A stretch of DNA of 20,000 bases from an uncultured virus (IMG/VR IMGVR_UViG_3300035698_024761). Its lineage: Duplodnaviria > Heunggongvirae > Uroviricota > Caudoviricetes. Below, piece by piece: positions 1 through 7,325 of this stretch. Location: IMG/VR virus record IMGVR_UViG_3300035698_024761; one strand, 5' to 3'. Both the position numbers and the translations under genes were made by a program. Position 1 is the stretch's first letter. Each line of letters starts with the position of its first letter. The notes under the pieces are model-generated. The model saw only the letters and a program-made list of their open reading frames with translations, was not told the DNA's origin and searched no databases.

Positions 1-2
1 AA

Positions 3-293
3 ACAATACGTTTCGTAGGGGAGTTCTTCAAGGAAAGTCGCATTGACCTCTACTTCGCAGTATTCGCCATTGGCTGCCCAAATCGCTCTGGCCAATCGCT
101 CGGCAAACTCCTCTTCGGTTTCTCCACAAAGGTTCGAATTGCCGGATGTTATCAATTGGTGGCTGCGAGGACCCCACCGATTACAAAACCACGAGTCAAA
201 CGCCCATTCGGCTTCGGCAGCTTGTTTAACGGGATCAATTTTCTCCGATTTGACGCCGGAGAGGACGATAGACATACCATAGTAACGACTCAC
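3..293 (-). CDS. hypothetical protein, runs off window edge (MSRYYGMSIVLSGVKSEKIDPVKQAAEAEW...ERLARAIWAANGEYCEVEVNATFLEELPYETY...)
   Basis: Translated by hand (not in ORF track). GTG at 293 overlaps the TGA of the upstream gene (GTGA), with GAGGAG upstream; frame is open to the window edge. Confidence 0.75.
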   Translation of the reverse strand, partial: MSRYYGMSIVLSGVKSEKIDPVKQAAEAEWAFDSWFCNRWGPRSHQLITSGNSNLCGETEEEFAERLARAIWAANGEYCEVEVNATFLEELPYETYC

Positions 294-1357
294 GCGTTTC
301 GCTCCTCCGCACCCGTGTTAGTGAGCGCACGATCGTCCAGAAGCGAAACATCCATTGGCACGGCAATCCTGATAACTGTATGGCCAACTGTCCATGTGAC
401 TAAACACACGCGCTTACGATCATTGCCGCCTGCGGAATCCGGAAAAGGCTCCGCATTCTGCACCAGGTACGGGGTTACCTCCGCATTCGCGGGGGCGACC
501 TGCTTATACCGACAAAGCAAAGCATATTCGGCATCGCTGAGCGAATCCAACTCGCTAGACTCGTCCCATTCACCCCACGGTTGCCAGATACGATAGTCAA
601 CATCGCTACAGGCTATACGTTGAATCAACATGTGGATCTCATCTTCTGTAGCAAAACCTGCGGCATCGCGATCCCGCACTGCCTGCGGCAAGCGAGCATA
701 GATCGCGGCCTGGGCGGCGTCGGCAGTGACCTCGCGGACCCGTCGCTTATCGCGAATATCGAGCAATGCAGGCATTGCAACGACGATCGCAGCCTCGCGA
801 GCCTGTTCGCTAGCTGCTACGGCAACAGCATACTTATTGCGCATCTCGTCGGATGCGTTATCAACGCATTCCAAGGGTCCAGGGATCGAATACGTAACTG
901 TCGTCGACGCGTACCCTCCGCGAGCAACGAGTACTCCATCCCGATCGATCTCCACGCGCATCGAGTCCTCATGCGGATTTGCAATCGCCTCCTCGACATA
1001 TCCGTCCCACAATATTCGCCGCTCCTTGCGTGCGTCGTCGTTCATAACGGCTCTCTTGTCGCGATTGATCAACATATTTGTGATGGCTTCCCGTAGCCCA
1101 TCCAAATCGGGCTGCGGCAATACCATCCCGTCCCCGACAAACTCTCGCCGCTTAATACTGCTCGGGTCATCTTCTAAGGCGTATCGCGAACAATCAAGGC
1201 TGTCATCCATGATGGCAGCTAACACCTCACGCTCGATACCGGTCAAGTTCTCAGGTGTCACAGATAATGCAAAGCGATCCGTGGGCCCGTCATATGGCAT
1301 ATCAATGCCTCGTCGTAGCGACTCCGCTCGATCCACACGAAAAAACAGTTTCATCAT
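290..1357 (-). CDS. hypothetical phage protein (355 aa)
   Basis: Long ORF with AGGAG RBS before ATG; coupled to the downstream gene; no family recognised. Confidence 0.8.
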   Translation of the reverse strand: MMKLFFRVDRAESLRRGIDMPYDGPTDRFALSVTPENLTGIEREVLAAIMDDSLDCSRYALEDDPSSIKRREFVGDGMVLPQPDLDGLREAITNMLINRDKRAVMNDDARKERRILWDGYVEEAIANPHEDSMRVEIDRDGVLVARGGYASTTVTYSIPGPLECVDNASDEMRNKYAVAVAASEQAREAAIVVAMPALLDIRDKRRVREVTADAAQAAIYARLPQAVRDRDAAGFATEDEIHMLIQRIACSDVDYRIWQPWGEWDESSELDSLSDAEYALLCRYKQVAPANAEVTPYLVQNAEPFPDSAGGNDRKRVCLVTWTVGHTVIRIAVPMDVSLLDDRALTNTGAEERNA

Positions 1358-1384
1358 ATCACTCCTGTTAAATAGACATGTACG

Positions 1385-1573
1385 TTAGTCGTCGGCAGTC
1401 ACACGCACGCGCGGCGACTGCAATTCGGCATTGCTGGCAAGTATATCTTTCGTTAACTGCAAGGCGTTACCGCCATACAATGCACACAAAACAATGGACG
1501 TAGTAACGGGGCTATGCGGATCGATATTGATCCTTAACACTTTCTCGCCTCTAGCGTCTTTTACGCTCGTCAT
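1385..1573 (-). CDS. small hypothetical protein (62 aa)
   Basis: GGAGGAG RBS; ATGA overlap with the upstream ORF. Confidence 0.6.
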   Translation of the reverse strand: MTSVKDARGEKVLRINIDPHSPVTTSIVLCALYGGNALQLTKDILASNAELQSPRVRVTADD

Positions 1574-1749
1574 ATAGCTCCTCCCGGCGCATGCCGCGCC
1601 GTCGGATTATCGTCGCATAGGCCTGGCGCCCAACAATAGACGCACCACACATACGGATTTCCAGGTTTTTGACAGCCGGCCCATTCAATACGCGCTCCGC
1701 ACCTGTGACAATGCCGGCCGGCAACTGCCGTTGTGCGATGCGCGGACAT
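1570..1749 (-). CDS. small CxxC...CxxC zinc-ribbon-like protein (59 aa)
   Basis: C-terminal part of track ORF 1570..2082, with CHRC and CVYC motifs. Start chosen at ATG 1749 to avoid overlapping the upstream gene. Confidence 0.5.
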   Translation of the reverse strand: MSAHRTTAVAGRHCHRCGARIEWAGCQKPGNPYVWCVYCWAPGLCDDNPTARHAPGGAI

Positions 1750-1822
1750 CAACGCCAAGACGTACGGGCGCCGCTCGCAACGAGACGGCAATAACGGCGG
1801 TAGTGCACAGTCAGAGAATGCG

Positions 1823-2275
1823 CTAGCCATCACGGCTAGCCGGCATACCAAAGACATTGATGGTATCCAGCACACGCGGTTGTGCAGACTTCGCGTAGAT
1901 CTTCGATAGAAACGGCTCCATAGCATCAACCATGGCAGTATTGATATCACAATAGTCCGTATCGTGCTGCCAATAAGTATCACCATACTCGATCGAGACA
2001 CATCCTTTATCGCGATCGAATTGGGTGCAAAACCAAGCCGCGGTAGTTGGATCAACAAAATACTCTTCGAAAAATTCCACACGAGAATAATGTGCGATGA
2101 AACAGCAGTTCTGCATCACATGCTGATATAGCCGACGCGTGAACGCCCGCTCCCGCTGCGCACGATTGTTAATGGTTGCAAGCGTCTTGACAAAATGCTT
2201 CCAGTCTCGAAGGACCAGCTCCTTCTCCTTGGCAGTCATAAACGTCGTGTCTCTCAACTCCGGTCTAGTCATCAT
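1823..2275 (-). CDS. hypothetical phage protein (FMTAKEK...CCFIAHYSR...EYF)
   Basis: Track ORF 1823..2284; GGAG precedes ATG ATG at 2275/2272; protein-like composition. Confidence 0.75.
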   Translation of the reverse strand: MMTRPELRDTTFMTAKEKELVLRDWKHFVKTLATINNRAQRERAFTRRLYQHVMQNCCFIAHYSRVEFFEEYFVDPTTAAWFCTQFDRDKGCVSIEYGDTYWQHDTDYCDINTAMVDAMEPFLSKIYAKSAQPRVLDTINVFGMPASRDG

Positions 2276-2312
2276 CTTCTCCACGGCGGTGGTCTAGTCA
2301 TCATCTTCTCCA
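2262..2312. repeat. 22-bp perfect direct repeat GGTCTAGTCATCATCTTCTCCA x2, 7 bp apart
   Basis: Copies at 2262-2283 and 2291-2312. Confidence 0.95.
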
Positions 2313-2497
2313 AGGCCAAGAATAGCCATCCCATCGGCAAGCCGCTTCGAATACGGTGGATGCGGCGTACCTGCAGAGGTGACATCGAGTTCGCTGTCTT
2401 CGGCGTTAATGGCGCGCGTATTGGCGTTGTCAGTGGCGCCGAGACTCGCAGGATCGCACCCGCGCTTTCGCTTACGGCTCGGCCAATATGTATCCAT
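2294..2497 (-). CDS. small hypothetical protein (67 aa)
   Basis: GGAG upstream of ATG 2497; part of track ORF 2294..2590. Confidence 0.5.
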   Translation of the reverse strand: MDTYWPSRKRKRGCDPASLGATDNANTRAINAEDSELDVTSAGTPHPPYSKRLADGMAILGLGEDDD

Positions 2498-2528
2498 GTA
2501 ATAACACTCCGATATTAGTTTATTCGCG

Positions 2529-3473
2529 TTACACGTCTCGAAAAAATTTCCGCGTATACTCGTTGGCGTGACGACCCCGCAAAAATTCAAAGATCCGCGG
2601 ATGCTCGTCTAGCACGGCAAATAGCATGGTACGCGCTCGACGCGCTTGCCGCTGGTAACCCTGCAAGTTACCCGCAAGAGCTTTCTGGGCCTGTTTATCT
2701 GGATGCTTGAGCAAATTGCACCATCGCCCGTAGTGATAGTACTCTGATTGCGCCTTCCTCGAACGGGCGAGTACGGCCACCGACTCGCCCGCTTGCGTCA
2801 TCACATGCATAGTCAAGCTTAGCGCCGTTTGCTCACAGAAATACTTATTTGCTAGAGGTCCCCGCTTAACCTGCTTCCAAAGCTGCGACCATGTACGGAT
2901 AAACTGCTGCCGCAACGGCAAGTCGATGCCTACTAAACCCCCATTTACAAGCTCTGGGCCTAAAAAATCATCATCATGCATAACCCGGTCCGCCGGCAAT
3001 GCCACCCCAGCATGCTTGAAAATCTGTTTCCAGCTATTCCGCAGAAATTTGCCGGCGCTGCGTCCCACGCGTCGCAGTACAATCCGCGAATCAAACCACT
3101 TGCCATACGTTATAGGCTGCCAACAAATCTGATCGCTGTCAAGAAAGACAACCATATCACAATCTTTTGGCTGCTCCAAGCAGACCCATTTGTTTGTAAA
3201 AAATGGCGCCTTCTCCTTACCAGTATACCGCTGACGCCGCACCCGCGGCGGTGACATATACGCGTTGCGCGCCTTCACCACCTCTACATCCAGATCACGC
3301 AGAATCTTTAGCGATATCGGCGACGGCGTGCCAAAAATACGTGAAGGCAACGGTACAATAGCCACCAATTTGGCAGGAAAAGTCAAATGTCGTCGCATAG
3401 ACGCTGCCAGTACCATCGCCTCGCACTCTAATTGCCCATCTTGACAGATAAACGTATAGGTGATGCTTTTCAT
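2529..3473 (-). CDS. GT-A fold glycosyltransferase-like protein (GT8-like)
   Basis: N-terminal beta strand plus LAASMR helix, NKW, DxD motif (VVFLDSDQI), NGGLV and EQTALSL motifs typical of GT8-like nucleotide-sugar transferases. Confidence 0.7.
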   Translation of the reverse strand: MKSITYTFICQDGQLECEAMVLAASMRRHLTFPAKLVAIVPLPSRIFGTPSPISLKILRDLDVEVVKARNAYMSPPRVRRQRYTGKEKAPFFTNKWVCLEQPKDCDMVVFLDSDQICWQPITYGKWFDSRIVLRRVGRSAGKFLRNSWKQIFKHAGVALPADRVMHDDDFLGPELVNGGLVGIDLPLRQQFIRTWSQLWKQVKRGPLANKYFCEQTALSLTMHVMTQAGESVAVLARSRKAQSEYYHYGRWCNLLKHPDKQAQKALAGNLQGYQRQARRARTMLFAVLDEHPRIFEFLRGRHANEYTRKFFRDV

Positions 3474-3610
3474 ATTGTTAGGGCCGACATGCCCCCCGTC
3501 GTGGTTAATGGATTACTCGATAAGCTACCAGCGCAGTCTAGCAGCAAAGTAGATAGTCGCCCAATAACAGCATCGCCAGTTATCATATTCGTGAATCGTG
3601 TCGCGGTAAC

Positions 3611-3758
3611 TAAGATACATAGTATCTTATATACAGCTAAGTTCCAGTTTTGAATCATAGTCGTGAATTGTATCAAATCGTAGAAGATACGTAGTATCTT
3701 ATATACAGCTAAGTTCTTGCCCTCCAGAACTTAGCTGTATATAGCCTTAACGGCTATA
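3611..3758. repeat. AT-rich direct/inverted repeat complex
   Basis: 33-bp direct repeat AAGATAC(A/G)TAGTATCTTATATACAGCTAAGTTC at 3612-3644 and 3684-3716. Perfect 18-bp inverted repeat at 3700-3717/3726-3743. Smaller hairpins at 3611-3629, 3684-3700 and 3740-3758. Confidence 0.9.
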
Positions 3759-3861
3759 ACTCCAGCACGGCTCGGTCTGCGACCTCCCCAGCTGCAGTTG
3801 TTGTTACTTCTTTCTTTTTGACTAGTGTTAGTATTGGTGTTAGTGAATAGCTGGCAATGCA

Positions 3862-4290
3862 GACATGGTAGGCCAGGGTTTCAACGCGATCGCGGACTGT
3901 AATGTCAAGCAACTATTCAATGGGTTTCATCAGCAATTTGGCCAAATATGTTAAGGCAACGGCCCAATGGGTTTCACAGGCAACACGGCCAGATACGTTA
4001 AGGCAATCTATCCACGAGTTTCACTGACAATTCGGTCAAATATGTTGAGGCAACTCCTGGGCGGGTTTCATTATTTTCCTGGCCTCAATTTTCTTGCTGA
4101 CAAAAATATAGCTGGCAAACCGCCGTGGGGTTTCATCTCGAGAATGGCCAGATATGTTAAGGCAAAGCCTCGGTGGATTTCATGACGGTAATGGCCAAAT
4201 ATGTTAAGGCACCAGTTGAATGGGTTTCAGGCTCGCAACGGCCAGATATGTTAAGGCAAGTCGTCTTCGGGTTTCACGGGTTTAATGGCG
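3862..4290 (-). ncRNA. TIGR-like dual-spacer array, cluster A (9 units)
   Basis: Plus-strand pattern GGCA-N10-GGGTTTCA-N10-GGCC(ARATATGTTAA). Loop repeats at 3876, 3922, 3969, 4016, 4063, 4128, 4175, 4222 and 4269; mostly 47-bp period; unique spacers. Confidence 0.85.
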
Positions 4291-4306
4291 ACAACAGTCT
4301 ATTACG

Positions 4307-4471
4307 TCAAGCTTCTACCCTAACAGAACAATACTTTCTTTCTCCTGTCCAACTTTCGCTCTTTACCCACTCTTTGGCTTCTTCTTCCGTGTTGACTGTT
4401 TGCCCTGTTGGCTTCGGGCTTGAACGAAGCGTTCCATCACCATCCTCCATCAAAACGTAAACTGTCCTCAT
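4307..4471 (-). CDS. small protein between array clusters (54 aa, MRTVYVLMEDGDGTLRSSPKPTGQTVNTEEEAKEWVKSESWTGERKYCSVRVEA)
   Basis: Translated by hand (below track cutoff). Strong RBS GAGGAGATATAA-ATG; fills the gap between clusters A and B. Confidence 0.8.
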   Translation of the reverse strand: MRTVYVLMEDGDGTLRSSPKPTGQTVNTEEEAKEWVKSESWTGERKYCSVRVEA

Positions 4472-4480
4472 TTATATCTC

Positions 4481-4704
4481 CTCACATCCTTTTCGGGTTT
4501 CAGAGAGAGTGCGGCCGAATACATTAAGGCACGACCGGCCCGGGTTTCAAATCACAGAAGGCCAGATATGTTAAGGCACACGGGTAACGGGTTTCAGTCA
4601 CACGACAGCCAGATATGTTAAGGCAAGTCCTTAGCGGGTTTCATTTCGCACTCGGCCAAATATGACAAGGCAGGCAATTAGTGGGTTTCACGCGACGATC
4701 GGCC
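4481..4704 (-). ncRNA. TIGR-like dual-spacer array, cluster B (5 units)
   Basis: GGGTTTCA at 4495, 4542, 4589, 4636 and 4683 (exact 47-bp period), each flanked by 10-nt variable segments and the edge repeat. Confidence 0.85.
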
Positions 4705-4731
4705 TATTATGTTTCTGTACTTCCAATTCGA

Positions 4732-4926
4732 TTACAGGATAGTGTTTGTCGCCGTTACGGCCGCGTAACGGGCCGTAAGGCCCATTTTCTTTGCTCTTGC
4801 GTTCCGTTCCTCGGCCGATTCCTCGGCCGATTTCAGGTCGTTGTAGCCTTGCACTACGTCGCCGTTTGCGTGAAGCACGCGGAAAGGCCTCGTCAGGTAG
4901 TCTGGGTTTTTCTTCTCAGTGGACAT
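4732..4926 (-). CDS. small protein between array clusters (64 aa, MSTEKKNPDYLTRPFRVLHANG...)
   Basis: C-terminal part of track ORF 4732..5106. ATG 4926 follows a purine-rich leader; the upstream extension is array sequence. Confidence 0.7.
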   Translation of the reverse strand: MSTEKKNPDYLTRPFRVLHANGDVVQGYNDLKSAEESAEERNARAKKMGLTARYAAVTATNTIL

Positions 4927-4999
4927 CGTTCTTTTTCTCGAAGTTAAAATTACGTGATTAAGACTCCAACATACGAATAGTGCAGCCAAATACGTTAAA

Positions 5000-5288
5000 A
5001 GCATCCCGAACCTGGATTTCAAGGCGCCAATGGCCAAATATGTTAAGGCAGGGCTGTCGCGGGTTTTACCGACTAAACGGCCAAATATGTTAAGGCAATA
5101 CATCAATGGGTTTCATTGCCTGTGCAGCCAAATATGTTAAGGCAAGCGCTTCAAGGATCTCATCGCGGCCTCGGCCAAATATGTCAAGGCATACCCCCGG
5201 CGGGTTTCAAAGTCGGACTAGCCTCAATTTTTTTGCTGACAAAAATATAGCTGGCATTCCTGCCACAGGTTTCACAAAGACTTCAGCC
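5000..5288 (-). ncRNA. TIGR-like dual-spacer array, cluster C (6 units, plus an extra edge repeat at 4984-5003)
   Basis: Loop repeats at 5014, 5061, 5108, 5155, 5202 and 5267; 47-bp period except across one long edge repeat. Confidence 0.85.
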
Positions 5289-5301
5289 GGCTATGGCGAC
5301 T

Positions 5302-5880
5302 TTAGGTTGTAGGGTAACCCTGGCCAAACGGATTAAGGGGATCGCAGACTGGACTTAGCGCGCTTGCGGCGGCGGTCAGCGCCAATGCTAGCCGTCTCGC
5401 ATCCGAGTCCGGCTGCGATTCCGGCTGCGATTCCGGCTGCGATTCTTCCTGCCGTGACAGCATCCGATATGTGTGCATAATCATTTCGCTGAGTGTGTTG
5501 GCAGCGCGCTGCGGAAAACGCCGGGCGTACTCCACGACAAAGCCGTGCGCACAAGCAAATTCGAAATTCGACTTGCCGATGGACATCGCACTTTTGATAG
5601 CATAATGCAGGCCCACATGCCTATTAAAACTATCACGAGGATTCAGCGCAGAGGCGCCAATGCAAATGCAAGGTCCCGTATCTAACACAAAGGCAACACC
5701 TATCGGCCGGCCGCGGCCTGCGTAATAGGCCATGCCGGCCATTTTCTTACTTAGCTCTTCGGCGTTTACAGGACACCTGTGATCGTCGCGAACAATCCGC
5801 ACCCACGGGTGCTGCGTTCGTCGAAATCCATCGGCCTCCTCACGACATTGCTCAATAAACGCTTGGCGTGATTTTGCCAT
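5302..5880 (-). CDS. hypothetical phage protein (192 aa) with C-terminal ESQP repeats, between clusters C and D
   Basis: AAGGAG RBS and ATG; GxS...DxFxxxxG pattern like small phage proteins. Confidence 0.8.
   Translation of the reverse strand: MAKSRQAFIEQCREEADGFRRTQHPWVRIVRDDHRCPVNAEELSKKMAGMAYYAGRGRPIGVAFVLDTGPCICIGASALNPRDSFNRHVGLHYAIKSAMSIGKSNFEFACAHGFVVEYARRFPQRAANTLSEMIMHTYRMLSRQEESQPESQPESQPDSDARRLALALTAAASALSPVCDPLNPFGQGYPTT
5408..5443. repeat. 12-bp tandem repeat TCCGGCTGCGAT x3 (in-frame ESQP)
   Basis: Directly visible in the sequence. Confidence 0.9.
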
Positions 5881-5923
5881 TGATAATCTCCTTTTAGATT
5901 CCCTTGATTAAACGTTAGCGGCG

Positions 5924-6085
5924 GACAGCTGTCGTTTGGATTCCACCCTTGTATCTAAATAGTAGGCAAAATTCCCAGAGATTTCACGTCGAACACGGCC
6001 CACTATGCCTTTGGGTTTCATAGTCCATATGGGCGGCCAAATATGTTAAGGCACGCGCGGTTCTGCTTTCAGAAGTCGTACGGCC
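5924..6085 (-). ncRNA. degenerate TIGR-like cluster D (about 4 units)
   Basis: Loop variants GGATTCCA 5938, AGATTTCA 5979, GGGTTTCA 6013 and TGCTTTCA 6064 with 10-nt spacing. Perfect edge repeat GGCCAAATATGTTAAGGCA at 6035-6053. Confidence 0.65.
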
Positions 6086-6432
6086 GGGGTATATCGCCAG
6101 ACGATTCGCTCGACGAGCATTTCATTTGCCAGGTATACCTGATACGGACTATGTGATTTGGGAAGCACACCTCGCACACGACAACGCACGATGGCTTTGG
6201 GTGCTACGTTCTTGAATCGCGAAAGAAGGCTCTTAGCGTCATCCAGCCGCAGGAAAATGTGCCATCCAGAGGTATACCAAGTCGTGCCGCCGTCACGCAC
6301 GCGCTTCCGCTCTGCCTTGAGCCACATATTCCGAGGAATCGTACGCGATCCGTGAAAGCCGTGGAATAGGGTTTTGATATTTGGCCCGGCAACGTCTACG
6401 AGTCGATAGGCTACAGTTTCTTCGCTTTTCAT
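6046..6432 (-). CDS. hypothetical basic phage protein (128 aa; KTLFHG...YTSGWH)
   Basis: ATG 6432 overlaps the TAA of the upstream gene (TAATG); the stop codon lies in an array edge repeat. Confidence 0.75.
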   Translation of the reverse strand: MKSEETVAYRLVDVAGPNIKTLFHGFHGSRTIPRNMWLKAERKRVRDGGTTWYTSGWHIFLRLDDAKSLLSRFKNVAPKAIVRCRVRGVLPKSHSPYQVYLANEMLVERIVWRYTPAVRLLKAEPRVP

Positions 6433-6974
6433 TATCCGTAATCCACGTCCGTATTTTTGGGGAGGCTTACGGTCTGATCGCCTACGAAAACATCCAATGA
6501 GCTTTCCTCCTGTTCCCATTTGCCATTAGCGAAGCCGGAATTGTCGTCATAGTGTAAATAGGCAGACTGTATGCAGGTATCATAGAGACAAAGCTGATAC
6601 GCACTACCGTCCTTTATCGCAACAAACGCAAACCGATTGCTGTTGCTATTGCAACCCTTGCGAACGACTAATAGCCCGTTGTTGTTGGCCCACGCTGCGA
6701 CGTCTGGCGGAATTTCACCTTTATGCGGAAAGAGGAGCAGCTGCGGATACTTGTGTAATTGCAAGCGTGGCGACATCTGCCGCGTCCGCTTGCCCGTGTC
6801 ACGCACGATCTGAATATCAAAATTAAAGCCATGCTTGTTGCACATGCCCACTTTCGTGACTGTGATGCATTGCCATATGCCTTTACGTGTTATTTTGAGC
6901 AATCCTAAATCCCCCACTTTGGCATTGCCAGCAGGGAATCCATGCGGCTTGTGTGGCTTCTCAGACTTTTTCAT
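6432..6974 (-). CDS. hypothetical protein (180 aa)
   Basis: GGAG RBS, ATGA overlap, coupled to both neighbours. Confidence 0.75.
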   Translation of the reverse strand: MKKSEKPHKPHGFPAGNAKVGDLGLLKITRKGIWQCITVTKVGMCNKHGFNFDIQIVRDTGKRTRQMSPRLQLHKYPQLLLFPHKGEIPPDVAAWANNNGLLVVRKGCNSNSNRFAFVAIKDGSAYQLCLYDTCIQSAYLHYDDNSGFANGKWEQEESSLDVFVGDQTVSLPKNTDVDYG

Positions 6975-7234
6975 GCTAACTCCGAATCTCCTTCGGCTTC
7001 CTCAACAGTAATGTGTGTCGCTACCTTAATGACAATAGCGTCGGCGTGGCGAGCATCCGGCAACGATCGAAATAGATTTGCCCAATGCTCAGCGACAACT
7101 AATCGCGGGAATATCGTGGCTTTCTCCGCGTTGCTTAGATATTCGCCGCCGGGCGTATCAGCGTCCAAATATAGCGATTTGGTGTTGTCTACCCGTCCAT
7201 GCGGGCGATAGCAGATTGCATATTTGATTAGCAT
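6971..7234 (-). CDS. hypothetical protein (87 aa)
   Basis: Coupled to the downstream ORF; purine-rich leader. Confidence 0.65.
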   Translation of the reverse strand: MLIKYAICYRPHGRVDNTKSLYLDADTPGGEYLSNAEKATIFPRLVVAEHWANLFRSLPDARHADAIVIKVATHITVEEAEGDSELA

Positions 7235-7325
7235 GTAGCTTGCTCTTTCTTAGGAGACTAGGCTTTCCCGTTTGAAAAAGTCTGCTCTCTCTGTAATAAT
7301 GAACTTCGGCAGAAAGGAGTTTGCC

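Noticed and set aside
43..1388. Plus-strand ORFs overlapping minus-strand genes here and in 13491-19625
   Set aside because: They are antisense shadows of coupled, RBS-bearing minus-strand genes.
3862..5288. CRISPR array
   Set aside because: Two alternating short repeats (8-9 and 19-20 bp) with 9-10 nt variable segments do not fit CRISPR repeat or spacer sizes, and no cas genes are visible.
3967..5312. Track ORFs 3967..4185, 4173..4460, 4681..4947, 5106..5312 and the N-terminal extension of 4732..5106
   Set aside because: They are translations of array repeats (recurring ARYVKA/GF) or antisense shadows. The 47-bp period is not a multiple of 3, which argues against a repeat protein.
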